64,000 bases of DNA from Podarcis muralis (Eukaryota), in contig NC_135667.1 of assembly GCF_964188315.1 (NCBI RefSeq), forward strand, positions 57,040,001-57,104,000. The letters are read 5' to 3'. Under the pieces are notes generated by a model. The model made no database searches. It was not told the DNA's origin and saw only the letters and a list, made by a program, of their open reading frames with translations. The position numbers and the translations under genes are program-made. This document shows positions 38,959 to 51,559 of this stretch, piece after piece (position 1 is the stretch's first letter; every line of letters starts with the position of its first letter).

Positions 38959-39119
38959 TAAGGGGGTGAATGCAATGAGGACTATCTCCACGGCAGTGTC
39001 ATGCGGTCAATGGACTAGGGGGACTAGCCTAGTCCACTAAATGTTCCTGGTAAATTAGAGTATTAAAGTATTAAAGCCTTGTGCCTCCTTCCTAAAGCCC
39101 AGGAAGCTTAGGTAGGGAG

Positions 39120-40893
39120 TAGGGCTGGGTGATACCTGGTTTTCAACATTACGATATATAACCAGTTAAACATTGTGATATTTCAATATATCACGATATC
39201 TAAAATAAGACTGGAGCTATGTAGAGGTGAACATGGTCCTGGCAACTGCTATTACTTATGGGTCTAACTCTTAAAACTGATAAAATTTTACTTAACATAT
39301 TGTTACAACTGTTATGTTATAGTACTACTGTGTACCAACAATAGTACATTTTCTCTAAAATTAAAGCTGTGGAAGTAATTAGTAGCATAGATACCAAAGG
39401 TTCCCTAAAAAATTAATTACATTACTAAACAAGAAAAAAGCAAATTCAGTGTCACACTTTTAGATACTCAAATATCGAGTATTAGTTGAATGTATACATC
39501 GCACAACACCAGTTATTTGATTGATTGTTAATTTTCTTTTCTAAACGAGGCCAAAATAGAAAGAATGGAATGGATAAATTTTAACAGAACAAAATATAAA
39601 CAAAATTTATATTTTAATTGTCAGGAAAATTTGCATTTCTTTTATAAACCAGGCCAAACTGGAAAGCATGGATAAAATTTTACAGAACAAAAACTATTAA
39701 ACGCAATTTATATTTTTTGCAAGGGAAATTTGCATTTTGGCGTTTTCTGGCAATAGAGATGCCCTTTGTATTTGAAGAACATTGCCAGCCGAGCTGAACA
39801 CACTTTCAGATTGCACACTTGTTCTTGGAATAGCCATAAACTTTTTTGCAAGCTCCTTCAACATTGGGAAGGATGCCTAATGTGCCTTCCACCCCATCCG
39901 AGGGCATTTGTAAGTGTCCACTCTTGGCGTAGCCATCTAGGAGAAAATGGGCAGCATAAGGAGGTGGGGGGGGGAGACACCCAGAAGAGGCTCAAACGCA
40001 AAGCAGGGTGGGGTTTTTTCCTTTTACTCTGAAGCAACTTGCAAGCCAACAAGCATCTCAAGAGCGTATTTCCCTCCTGTTTGCGTCAGGGGAGGGAAGA
40101 GCTGAAGACTGGCAGAGTTAACCTGAGGCTGGCAGCGTAGGCTGGGTTAGTAAGAAACCTGTGGGCTGCTCTTCTTCCCCAAAGAAAGGCACACACAACA
40201 AACACTGGGTGTTTCCCCCCTTTTATTCTGAAGAAACATCCGAAAACACACACAGAGAGAGAGAGAGAAGCAGGGAAGGCGAATTGGGGCTCATTCACAG
40301 AGCAAGGAAGGGAGAGAGAGACTGAGCTTAAGCAGCCTGGGGCTCCCGCAGCCTCTGCACAGCCCCGGCCTGGCTCCGAAAGAAGCATCACTGGGGGAGT
40401 CAGGGAGACACCATCCCACCCCCAAGCAGGACACTTTTAACAAGGGGGCGGCTGCAGCTTACAGAAAACGAAGTGAGAACTGTTGGCTGGGTTAATAAAA
40501 AACGCCGTTCTTTTAGCCTGGCTGGTGGCTGCGCCCCCCACCCCGCCATCGGGAGGGGGGCAGACACACAGGCAGGTGGAGGGGGTGGCAGAAGAGGGCC
40601 AAATGCCAAAGGAAGGGGTAGTAAAGGGGGCTCCCGAAGTCTGAAGCCAACTCCCAGCCTGGCGCCTTGAAGCAGGAGCCTGGCGGGAAGAAGTCGCTGG
40701 AGGCAGGGAAGAGCTGACCGAGGTGGAGGTAGCACCCACAGGAAGAAGCATCGGCTTCCTGGTTTTTCCAGTATTGTGATTTTTTAATACCACAAAAAAC
40801 ACGATATGCGATAAATTGCAAGCACATTTTAAAAAAAAACGATTATCACAATTTGATGTAAGACCTGGTATCGGATGATATAGCACAGCCCTC
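39120..40893. mobile_element. Probable non-autonomous hAT element (about 1.77 kb)
   Basis: Ends TAGGGCTGGGTGATA ... TATAGCACAGCCCT; flanks gtagggag and ctggggag (6/8); subterminal cgatat/tgtgat motifs. Confidence 0.5.
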
Positions 40894-42280
40894 CTGGGGA
40901 GGCGTGATGCTCCAACGAGGTCCAAGAGCCCTTCTGCATCCTGTCAGAGGCCTGGCGCCTCCTTCCCAAAGCCCAGGAAGCTTCTGGCCAGCTTAGGGAA
41001 GGAGGTGCGAGGCTCAGGCACGCCTGCGATGTTGCCCCCCCATCACCCTTGCAAGCTGGTGCCTCTGTGATCCTACAAAAAATTTCACTGCACACCACTG
41101 CTCTAAGGGCCAAACCAGATCAGCTAGATTAATTCAGTTAGCATATTGTTTAGTATGGCCCAGCATTTTTTCCTGCACCAAGATTTTCTGGCATGGGCTA
41201 CTTAGATCTGACCCTACCCAAAAGCCACTGGGTGTTTTGTCTTTGGCATCAGTGGCTGAATTATTTAAAAATTGGGGGGGGGGGGTTAATTAAAAAATCC
41301 AATTTAAACATGTTTACTCAGAATAAGAGTTAGTTTGCTTATATTCCACTTAGAGCTGCTTACCCCTCCAAAGGATTGTTTAACTTCACTTAACCTCAAC
41401 AAAGCTACTGCATTAATTGCTTCAAGACCATTTGCTGGGACCCAAATATGCATAGGATATTGGTGTAATGAGAAGCATTATTCTTATTTCCATTATTTTA
41501 CTTTCTTGCCTTTGTGGAATGATCTCTTTGGTGTAAGCTTGTTTCTAATTAAACTTGCTTCCCCCCCTTTTTTTATATATATATACAGGGTGAAACACAA
41601 GATCTGAGATCCCTAATGTAAGAACAAGTTTAAAATAATTTATGTAAATATTTGGCAAGTGCCTGTACCTTCCTTCCTTGTCCTTCTGACACACCTTCCC
41701 CCTCTCTCCTGGCTCCCACCCAGGGCCTAAACAAACTCACAGCTCACCCACCAAAGTCTCACAAAGATTATGAGACTGCCCTCAGGCTGCCCACAGCTGT
41801 GTCCCATTTAGTCAACTGCACTCCCCATACCCAGGTCTGAAGGGACTTGGTAAGAGGATATTTTAATTATATTTTAATGGGGGGGGGGCTAACAACGAAA
41901 GAATGGTTGGTGCTGGTTTTAAAAACATGGGGCTAGCACATAGAGAGCCCTAGTAGCAGAGTATTAAGCCCCATTGTTAGACACATTAATGAAGCCTAGG
42001 AATATTAACTTTTTATTCCATTCAGCTGTATGAAGCAGCTGATTCCCCATTTTGGCCCATTTTCAATGAAACAGACCACAGGCTGCAAAGTAAGTTTAAA
42101 ATGCTTTAGTTTCTAGGTCCCAGACATGCATCTTTGCTTATGCAAGAGCAATAAAAGAATGCAGGTAACAATATTCCTAGAACTGCAGCAAAGCAGCCTA
42201 AGACACATGCACTCCAGAACATATAAGCACAACTAAAGGAACAGTGCTTTGTATTACTTTCCTCCATTATTTTCCCCCAG

Positions 42281-42452
42281 CAAGGCAAATAACATCTTGG
42301 AAAGAAAAGCACTTGAAATTGCACCTCTGAAGGAGCAGGTGAATAAGTTACAATTGCGGCTTCATGATGTGAGATCTGATATGAAGGACATTGCCCATCA
42401 TGCTGTCAGTAAAGTACTGGAAGGATATACTAGCAGAGGCATTACAAGATGG
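42281..42452 (+). CDS. SUN3: SUN3, coiled-coil exon (acceptor at 42281 or 42285)
   Basis: ANNILERKALEIAPLKEQVNKLQLRLHDVRSDMKDIAHHAVSKVLEGYTSRGITRW; donor GTAAGA in phase 0. Confidence 0.75.
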
Positions 42453-42937
42453 GTAAGATGAAGTAATGTGATTTGTAAACAACTGTCAGACTTTTGTATC
42501 TATTTTACTCTAATCAGGAACGACCAATCTACTTGACAACTGTACCATAAGTCGGATACTAACACTATGCCACTCCATTGCACACTGCAGCACAACATAC
42601 GCACAACCTTTTGCCTTGTGATTTTTTGGCTTCCATCTCATGGAGCTGAAGAACAAGTAACATTCCAAGGGAGGGAGGCAAGCGTGTCGGCCTCATTCTA
42701 CCTATGCTATAGTCAGGCGCAATAACAGAAATGCCAACGACAACCCTTTATTATCTGCACCTTCTAAGGTGCAGGTTGCCTGCCCCTGCCCCCCCCCCCC
42801 AATGAATAATTATAGTTTATGATTTCTGAAAAACTGCAGTCACAATTTAATATTATTCTTCAGGTCAGGTTGCCCATTGTTTAAAGTTTTCCTATTGTGG
42901 TAATGATAAATGAATTATACCTCTTATCCATTGACAG

Positions 42938-43022
42938 AGTATTGAAAAGATGCTTAAAAAACTAATGGAAAAGCTGGATGAAGATGACGTTCAAATGCCC
43001 GACTATGCCCTCAAATCAGCAG
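42938..43022 (+). CDS. SUN3: SUN3 exon
   Basis: 85 bp; SIEKMLKKLMEKLDEDDVQMPDYALKSAG contains the SUN-domain entry motif DYALKSAG. Confidence 0.9.
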
Positions 43023-43514
43023 GTATTAGAAACAGTTGTTAAACAAACTTGCCCATGGTATTTTGGACATTTTTTGTTATTCAAACACAGGAGTCTGTCA
43101 ATATCACCGTGATCATTACGATGTTAGTTCTGGTAAGCAGCTTCCACCAGTAAGATGCTGCAGTATTCTGCCCTTAAATTGGGAGGGCAAGGCCTGCTGA
43201 CATTTTCCGGATTATTATTATTATTATGCATTACTAACAGACCGACTGGGGACATAGCCTTTAAAAATTCCTCCCATGCATAAATGTCCTTTTCAGTAGT
43301 CTCCCATCTCCACAGAGTGTTTTCCTTCTCTAGACTATGAGAAAGTGCATTTGTGGACAAACTGCCTCCATTAGCCACTCGCAACAGCTAAAAGTAAACA
43401 CACACATGCACTTTGGCAGAGCCTAGACTCTCTGCATAGTCTTCTGTGACAAGCAATACTACTGTTGTGTGCCTGAAATATCAGAAGTATTATTCTACAA
43501 CTGTTTAATTTTAG

Positions 43515-43630
43515 GTGCCAACATTGTTCAGTCCAGAACTACTAGAAGCTACCGCCATGATGGAGGAAAATACTTCTGGATGTCCTTCATTATGCTTCCT
43601 TTTGTGAGGTCTCCAGATGTAATTCTTGAG
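43515..43630 (+). CDS. SUN3: SUN3, SUN-domain exon
   Basis: 116 bp; GANIVQSRTTRSY ... RSPDVILE. Confidence 0.9.
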
Positions 43631-44558
43631 GTAGAAATCAACTTTCAAGAAAGTATTCATATTTTCTTATTTTGGATATTTTCTTTCTGCACTACTTTTT
43701 CCACTTATGTAACCATTTTATTCCTTTCCAGTATTTTCTGTCCAAAACCTTTGTCACTGCTTATGCCTGGCAGGCCAATGCTCTTGTAAAATCCTAAGGA
43801 GTGTTTCCTAAATTCTCTGGGATTTAGGAATGATTAATTTGAAAATTGCCTCGAGTCACAACTTTTTCAGGGCTCATCTTGCCTTTTAGTGTTCAAAAAA
43901 GAATACTGTACAGTGTGAGCTATGCAGTTTTGTCGACAAGCAGAGAAATGAGTCATGAGTGCGACAGTAGGGAAGAAAAGGGACAATGGGAGCTATAAAA
44001 TAAATGTCAGAGCATGAAGTCAAATAAAAGATTGGTGGTGATAGAAAATTAATGGAGGGGTGTTTTCTCTGGATATTTAATTTTTAAAGTCATGCACATA
44101 TTGAACGCATGTAAATGGAGGGTTCCGTGTACTGCAGAACATTGGGGTAGTGTACAGCAACATAAAAATCCATTTAGAAGCAATATAGAATGACTCAAGC
44201 ACCATTTAAAGAACTGTCTAGGCCTGCTGGTATAAAAAAAAGTATTCAAGAGACATTTGAAAGTCAAATGCAAGGAAGCCCAGTGAATTTCTGCTGCAGG
44301 AGTGTTCCACAGCATTGGGACAGTGATGCTTAATGTCTGACTTTTGACTGTTTGCTGGCGTTTTCAACGGTGTTTCAAATATACATGATTTCACTTAAAC
44401 ACACAGTGCCTTGGAACGTAACCTGAAGTAAATTGCCTGTAATGTCAATTTTAACTACATGGACCAGTTTAAATTCATTTGCTCTGGCTGAATTATAGCA
44501 CCTATAACCTTAGCCACATAATACATAACCCATTCAGAATTTCTCTGCTCTCTTGCAG

Positions 44559-44726
44559 CCCAATTACCAACCTGGAAACTGCTGGTCTTTCCCTGGGAAT
44601 CAAGGTGAAGCTGTTGTCAGGCTAGCCAAGGAAATTATTCCAAAATCTGTTACAATAGAGCATATTTCTAAGAAGGTCTCCCCAACAGGAGAAATTTCTA
44701 GTGCTCCCAAAGACTTTGTCATTTAT
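44559..44726 (+). CDS. SUN3: SUN3, SUN-domain exon
   Basis: 168 bp; PGNCWSFPGNQG ... VTIEHISKKVSPTGEISSAPKDF. Confidence 0.95.
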
Positions 44727-45245
44727 GTAAGTCTAATATTCCAGTTTTCAGATTTGAGTTAGGGAATGAGTATTTCTCAAAGCAAATTATGAAATTATTA
44801 TAACATGCAACTTGGATTTTTTCTCTTTAACATTTCTCTATAACATTTAAACAGTAGTATTTTTAATTGTATTGATAACTTAAAGAAATTAGCTGAAATA
44901 ATTTCCCAATGCTTTGAGCATCTTAGCATGCAGCTACAGTTCAGGGATCCTGAACATTCTTGTTAACCCATTAACAGCAGAAGCATATGTATCAAAAGTA
45001 AATCCTAGATCTACTTACCTGGGCGTTGGTAGGCCTTACTTCTTAGTAAACATGCTGTAAATGGTTTGTGCCAGTTATGGGGAACTTTTGGCCCTCCAGA
45101 TGTTGCTGCTTTACAAATCACATCAGCCCTAGCAAGTGTGGCCAATATGTAGGCTGCTAGCTAGCATAGTTGTCATTGGAAACTGTGCATTTGTTTTCTG
45201 ATCTAACATTTCTTGAGTGCTGATGATATGCTTTTTACTGTCAAG

Positions 45246-45338
45246 GGACTAAAAGAGGAAAAGGAGGAGCAGGGAACTTTCTTAGGCCAGTTTCTTTATG
45301 ACACTGAAGGAGATTTAATCCAAACATTCCAACTGAAG
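45246..45338 (+). CDS. SUN3: SUN3, SUN-domain exon
   Basis: 93 bp; GLKEEKEEQGTFLGQFLYDTEGDLIQTFQLK. Confidence 0.92.
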
Positions 45339-45611
45339 GTATGTTGAATATGATGGGAAATCGCCACAAAATTCTAATAAATGCAGTTGTTAGCTAGTTG
45401 GGTCATTAATACTCTTGGCCCATGCGATCTGTGTGTCTTTTTGATCACCAATACCTTGTGGGTAAAAGTCAGAAAAACGGAAGTCTGTTTCTGGAAGTCT
45501 GGCTATATGATTATCTTATATTTTATGTCAGGGAAAACTTAATTGATGGATAATTTCATTCAGCTGCACCAATAGGACAAGGATTAAAATGCTTACTTTC
45601 TTTACTTTCAG

Positions 45612-45728
45612 AATGAATCGTCTGAATCTATGAGTTATGTGAAACTGAAAGTGCTGAGCAATTGGGGCCACCCAAACTACACCTGCATTTACCGCTTCAG
45701 GGTGCATGGAAATCTGCAGTACATCTAG
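45612..45728 (+). CDS. SUN3: SUN3, terminal exon
   Basis: NESSESMSYVKLKVLSNWGHPNYTCIYRFRVHGNLQYI*, the canonical SUN C-terminus. SUN3 rather than another paralogue is inferred from synteny. Confidence 0.95.
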   Translation, partial: NESSESMSYVKLKVLSNWGHPNYTCIYRFRVHGNLQYI

Positions 45729-45746
45729 AGGCTCTGCGAAGGGAGA

Positions 45747-45768
45747 AATAAACTGCTGTAGAAATAAA
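45747..45768 (+). terminator. Two AATAAA polyadenylation signals after the SUN3 stop
   Basis: AATAAA at 45747-45752 and 45763-45768. Confidence 0.55.
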
Positions 45769-46168
45769 GCCAAAGCCTCATAGCGCTGATCTGAAGAGAA
45801 TTTGCTGTGCTGCTTTTTCAGTTATAAAAGAAATATGCAACAACAGTTAACAGCTTGTGGAAAGTTGCTTTATTTGTCACTTTCTTAACTGCGTAGCTGA
45901 ATTTTAAACTATTTAGGGAACAAAAATTGGGAAGGGGTGGAGATGTGCTCCATAGGGTGGGTTTTCCTTTTAGGATTTTCTGAGCACTGGGGGTCGAAAG
46001 GAAGTGGTTGCGAGCGACCTGCGGAGCCCTTTCCCGCGGAACCGGCGCGGCGGCGGGGGGGGGCGGGGCCGCCGAGGCCTTGGCGACACTTCCGGCCCCC
46101 GAGGGAAGCGGGGAGGAAGGGCCTCCCGCCCGCCCGCTCCTGGCGCGCCGCTTCTCCCGCCGCCCGCG

Positions 46169-46220
46169 ATGCGCTTCCGCGCCAAGATCTCGGAGGCCGG
46201 CTGCCTGGCGCACTTCAGCC
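46169..46220 (+). CDS. HUS1: Checkpoint clamp subunit HUS1, exon 1
   Basis: 52 bp; MRFRAKISEAGCLAHFS; donor GTGAGT. Confidence 0.95.
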
Positions 46221-46299
46221 GTGAGTGGCGGGCGGGCGGGGGGCGCTGCTTTCCGGCGGGGCGGCCTCGGGGCTAACCCGGCTCTCCTTCCTCCCGCAG

Positions 46300-46427
46300 G
46301 CGCCGTGGCGACGGTGGCCAAGCTGGCCAAGGCGTGCGCGCTGCGCCTGACGGCCGAGCAGCTGGTCTTCGTGGCGGGCGCCCGAGGGGCCGTGGGGGGC
46401 GCCCGCCTGTGGTGCGAGGTCCGCCAG
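46300..46427 (+). CDS. HUS1: HUS1 exon 2
   Basis: 128 bp; AVATVAKLAKACALRL ... GGARLWCEVRQ. Confidence 0.95.
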
Positions 46428-46506
46428 GTAGGCCGGGGCCGGGGGCGGCGGGACCCCCAAGCCGGGCGGCGGACGCCCCGGTCTCACCCCGCTCCCGCTC
46501 TTCCAG

Positions 46507-46683
46507 GGGAATGTCTTCGACGAGTTCCAGATGGAGGGAGTGGCCGCAGAGAAAAATGAAATTTATCTCGAGGTGACGCCCGAAAACCTATCCAGAGCCT
46601 TAAAGACGGCACAGAATGCGAAGGCGGTGAAAATCAAGTTGACCAACAAGCACTGCCCTTGCCTCACGGTAGCCGTAGAATTG
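46507..46683 (+). CDS. HUS1: HUS1 exon 3
   Basis: 177 bp; FDEFQMEGV ... [33 protein letters not shown]. Confidence 0.97.
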
Positions 46684-46899
46684 GTGAGTAGAAATGGGTG
46701 CGGGGGGGGGGGCGTCTCTCTCTCTGCCTCAGGAAAACAGGTAGGTTCTTGCCCGTGAAAAGTGAGGTCGCTCAGGAGGAAAGGCTGCATTCCTCCCCCT
46801 GGGCGGCAGGTGGAGCTCCATTTGGTGGGAAGAGGTCCCAGTGCCCCCCCCCCCCCCTGCATGCAGGTGTCAAATAGTGTTGGGGACCAAATAGTGCCC

Positions 46900-47080
46900 T
46901 GCAGAGCCCCATAGCATTTGTACTAACTAGGGGACCGAAGCACACTCCTGCAATGCTGTTCTCTAGACTCACCTGTGCAGGTAGACATGAAACCACTGTA
47001 ACTATGCCTTTGAGCCCCATCTGAGCAGTTGGGCTGAGGGCACCATGATCAATGGGATCAAAAGCTGCTGAGAGTATGAG
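46900..47080 (-). mobile_element. L2 RT relic in HUS1 intron 3
   Basis: LSAAFDPIDHG.L ... MGLKGIV. Confidence 0.55.
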
Positions 47081-47312
47081 TACCTCCTGTCCCCACACTC
47101 ATCCCAGGGATGAGTCAGTCCCAAAACTAGGCCTGAACTGAAGTTGATCCAGATAATCATTCTCATCCTGGAACACCTGAAGTTTCTCTGCCATAGCCCC
47201 CCCCCCCTTTTTTTTTTAAAGAAAGGCAGCATTCTTCCATATGTGTTTATAGGATTACAGCCTTTACTGTTGTGAATTTTGGTTACGTAACCTTTTGTTT
47301 TCTTCTCTCTAG

Positions 47313-47420
47313 CCTTCTTTATCCAGCACTAGCCGTGTTGTGACTCACGACATTCCTGTGGGTATTATCCCAAGAAAGCTGTGGAATGACTTCAGGGAAC
47401 CAAGTGTGCCGGACTTTGAT
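47313..47420 (+). CDS. HUS1: HUS1 exon 4
   Basis: 108 bp; [36 protein letters not shown]. Confidence 0.97.
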
Positions 47421-48499
47421 GTGAGCCCCTTTCAGTTTCCACAATATCAAAATTAAATTCTTTAAACAGTATTCCAAATACTTCCCATCTCAAAGGTATT
47501 CCCCTCCAACAACAAAATTAATTTCCTTTTAGTTAAGATGATTGGATTTCATTCAATCTAAAAGTGTCATAGGCTTATAAGCACATTGTGATAATGTAAA
47601 CTGAGGATGAGTTGACTTTACATAAAGTTGTTTTTCATTATTCATCTTTGAATTACAGCCATTATTCAATTACAGTCATTCTTCTATCAAGGATTGCAAT
47701 TAGTGCAAAAACTACTTTTTAGAGAGAATGTGTATTTTACCATTGGAGACCAGTGAAAATTTACAGTGTGCTTTACAGTATCTCCTGAGTCCATTCCACA
47801 TTCACTCTTTCATGCCCATTCATATGACTTGCAAACCTAACTAATGTACCATTCACACAGCCATGCACACCCTCTTCATAATACTCAGCTTAACACTTGG
47901 CTGCCAACATACCTACCAACTGGTCCTCGCTCTTGAGTGCTGACCATTTAAAAACAACACAAACTTGGAGCAGTTGAAATATTTTCAGAGCCAAAACTCT
48001 CACAGCCAAAAGCAAATGTGTTTTCAAATAATGCAACCTGAGTTTACTTCATTTTTCTCCCTTTCATTGGCTTGGTTTGCACTTAAAGTGAAGCAGTTGT
48101 TTATTCCCCACAAGCAGTTAGCAAATATACACACCACCAATACAATTCATTGCTAAGGGGGGCATCCACATTTCAGCCAAAAACTCATCTCCTCAAAAGT
48201 GTTTTAAGGCCCTGATTACAGTTTTGACAACTGCAAGGACTTCAGAAATGTATCTCTCTCCAAATAAGTTACTAAACATAAAACAAAACTTTAATTATCT
48301 TATTCTAATTAGAAGAAAGGGAAAGTAAACATTCCCTTGTGAAGAATGTTTTTTACAGTTATCTGAGGAAGTTCTTTGAAACAGGACCTTATTCAGAAGC
48401 CTGTGGCCAGCTGCTTAGCATTCTTCAATACAGCAACAATAATGTTTGTGCTCTATAGTTCATTGTAAGCCTTGCTGGAATGTTCACTTTCTGCTTATA

Positions 48500-48835
48500 C
48501 AGTGGTGCCCCGCAAGACGAATGCCTCGCAAGACGGAAAACCCGCTAGACGAAAGGGTTTTCCGTTTCTGAGCTGCTTCACAAGACGATTTTCCCTATGG
48601 GCTTGCTTCGCAAGACGAAAATCTTGCGAGTCTTGCGATTTTCCCCCCGCTTACCCCCCTTTTTCAAAGCCGCTAAGCCGCTAATAGCCTTTTAGCAGCT
48701 TAGCCGCTAATCCTTTAATAGCCGCTAAACCACTAATAGCGCTAAGCCGCTAATAGGGTTGCTTCGCAAGACGAAAAAACCGCTAGACGAAGAGAATCGC
48801 GGAACAGATTCTTTTCGTCTTGCGAGGCACCACTG
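48500..48835. mobile_element. Tc1/mariner MITE
   Basis: TIR CAGTGGTGCC(C/T)CGCAAGACGAA, TA TSD, internal gccgctaa repeats. Confidence 0.9.
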
Positions 48836-49053
48836 TAATGATATATTGTTCATTTTACTGCAAACCTTTCTCATTATCAATCTAGTTTCTCACAGTCTTA
48901 CGCCCTTCAACATTCTTATAGTTGCTATATAGAACTGTGCCCTTGCATGTGACTTTATCCCTTTTAAATTGACACTGGGGGTCATTGCCCAGTAACAGTG
49001 TGGGGCAGGCATGGCTCATCTGCACTTTCAAGGCAGTTGATTTGATTTTGTAG

Positions 49054-49128
49054 GTCAGCATTTATTTACCAGCGCTGAAGACCATGAAGAGTGTTGTGGA
49101 GAGAATGAAAAACCTCTCCAATTCTATA
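49054..49128 (+). CDS. HUS1: HUS1 exon 5
   Basis: 75 bp; VSIYLPALKTMKSVVERMKNLSNSI. Confidence 0.97.
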
Positions 49129-49813
49129 GTAAGTTCTTATATTCTTAACGTGGGGAGAGAGAGATGCATCACTTGGGGTGAGTTTTTATGCAATCATTGT
49201 AACCACTGGGTCAAACTGGACAAGACACCATTCATACAACTGGAAATTGTGCATTTTTTCTTACTTTTTAAAAAAATATTAACTAGCAGGCTTGTGTGGC
49301 TAATCTAGTTTGGGACTTTGGGGGAAGCTGGAGGGCTTTAATTCTTTACCCCCACTATGGTACTGATCCAGATTGGATACCCTGTGCTTGGTATTTACTT
49401 TAGAAAAGACCATCTTGCAGTTGCTAATTGTGTGAATGGTGCCTGGTCTTGGCTCTCGCTTGATACTTTGCGCGTAAGACTCCCATCAAGGTTTAGTTAT
49501 CCAGGATTGCTCTCTGAGTACACAGCTGGTAAGCAATTGGAGCCACTGGAGATGACTAGCATATCTACCTATATGATCCCTCAACCCAGAGGTTTTCAAC
49601 CTTTTTGAATCCACTGCTTCCTTGACCAACTTCTTCAGTTCCTTGTGGGATACCTGGTAAAAACTAAAACTTGACCATCATTCAAAGCACCCTAGGGCAC
49701 CGTGGCACCATTTGAAAACCATTGGCCTATGCCAGTAAGTAATGTAAGGAAAAAGGATCCACACTGCAACATTCCATCTCTTTTAGACTTTGTAAGTGAT
49801 AAGTAAGCATACA

Positions 49814-49967
49814 CAGGGCTTTTTTTTCTAGAAAAAGTGATGTCAGAACTTGACCTTTTTAGGGGAGCACCCACCCAAAGTTATTGCGCTTTTTAAAGGG
49901 GGGATCACCCAGCCAAAGTTGTTAAGTTGGAACGTACCTAAGATGTGCCAACTGGAAAAAAGCCCTG
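49814..49967. mobile_element. hAT-type MITE
   Basis: TIR CAGGGCTTTTTT; flanks agcataca and accataca (7/8). Confidence 0.75.
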
Positions 49968-50199
49968 ACCATACACATTTTATATAGAATGCTTTACCTG
50001 GTTGCATGTCCTGTATATCTGTACAGCCTTCATTGCGAGATGGTGCCAATAATTCCCAGGCCACTGTCTGGTCCCTAAGACTATACAAATTAGTTATCCC
50101 TTCCAAACTGACCTTGTGAATGTACAATATTTTCCTCTTTTTTTATTGCATGTTTATGTAGTTGTGAAAAGCATAGAAACTGTTTTGTTTACATTGTAG

Positions 50200-50299
50200 G
50201 TAATAGAAGCAAATCTAAATGGAGAAATGAACTTGAAAATAGAAACTGATCTAGTGTGTGTTACAACCCACTTTAAAGACCTTGGGAATCCTCCCTGGG
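50200..50299 (+). CDS. HUS1: HUS1 exon 6
   Basis: 100 bp; [33 protein letters not shown]. Confidence 0.97.
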
Positions 50300-51150
50300 G
50301 TAAGCAATTTTCTTTTCTTGTCAGATAACAGATCCTAACAAAAGTACACAACAAAAGCTACAGTCCTGTGTACACTTATCAGGCAGTAAGGGCTTGCTTC
50401 TGAGTAACCATGCATAGGTTTGCAGTGCTCTGAAAGTAATCGCCAACAATTTTTAGCCAATTTTATAGTTGTTGTAAAATAGAGCTAGCTTGAGTCTGTC
50501 TTTAATAGTTTTCTTTCCCCACGCTCAGATGTTAGTAACAAAGTGAAAGGAAGGAAATACTGATTTGCGGGTCAAATAACTGAAATAACATTGTAGCTTC
50601 AAACAATGGACTAATATACATAGTTAATTATCATGAATGGGGAAAATACAGGTGTATTACGACTCGCAGGGGACCACATATACGTGCAGTGCCATGAAAT
50701 AAATAAATCAATTCAAACCTGGAAATGGCAGGAGAGAGCTGGAGAGCCCTTGTGGCTGGTGAGAAGACCTTCCACAGAGCCTGAAGAGGACGTCGGAGGA
50801 AGCCCAGAAGAGAGCAGAGGCGTAGCAGGGCTTTGTTTACACTGCTCAGCCTCCCTAACAGCTGATGCGCACGGTAGCGCAGCAACAGCAGCCACTTTCC
50901 CACATGTCCTCCAGCCTCCTGCCGGCCCCAGAGCTTCAATTCTAGTATTTTTTGTATGGATTGAAGAGAGAGCGGCAGAGAGGGTGCTTAGAGAGCATTC
51001 CCCACTTTATGAGAATTCACTTATGTACACGGGGCCCCAGAACATAATCCCCATCTCCTCTACAAATATAGAATTAGAGGATAGGATGAAATAGCTATTT
51101 GTCAGTATTCTTGGAAGTTCACAAATTTTAACTGATCTTAATGATTAACT

Positions 51151-51519
51151 GGGACGCGGGTGGTGCTGTGGGTAAAACCTCAGTGCCTAGGACTTCCTGA
51201 TCGTAAGGTCGGCGGTTCGAATCCCTCCCCACGGCGGGGTGAGCTCCCGTCGTTCGGTCCCAGCTCCTGCCCACCTAGCAGTTCGAAAGCACCTCTAAGT
51301 GCAAGTAGATAAATAGCTACCGCTTTATAGCGGGAAGGTAAACGGCATTTCCGTGTGCTGTGCTGGTGCTGGCTCGCCAGCTGCAGCTTCGTCACGCTGG
51401 CCACGTGACCCGGAAGTGTCTTCAGACGGCGCCGGCTCCCGGCCTCTTGAGCGAGATGAGCGTGCAACCCTAGAGTCGGACACAACTGGCCCGTACGGGC
51501 AGGGGTACCTTTACCTTTT
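51151..51519 (+). mobile_element. Full-length Sauria SINE
   Basis: 11-bp TSD taatgattaac at 51139-51149 and 51520-51530. Confidence 0.95.
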
Positions 51520-51559
51520 TAATGATTAACCAAAAAGGTGTGGTTGCCAGGCTCTTGCT

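Larger units (their letters stand above)
45960..46680 (+). promoter_or_regulatory. HUS1 CpG island, covering promoter and exons 1-3
   Basis: Dense CpG around ATG 46169. Confidence 0.8.

Noticed and set aside
45818-46576. Overlapping 80-183-aa ORFs
   Set aside because: Explained by HUS1 exons 1-3 and their CpG island.
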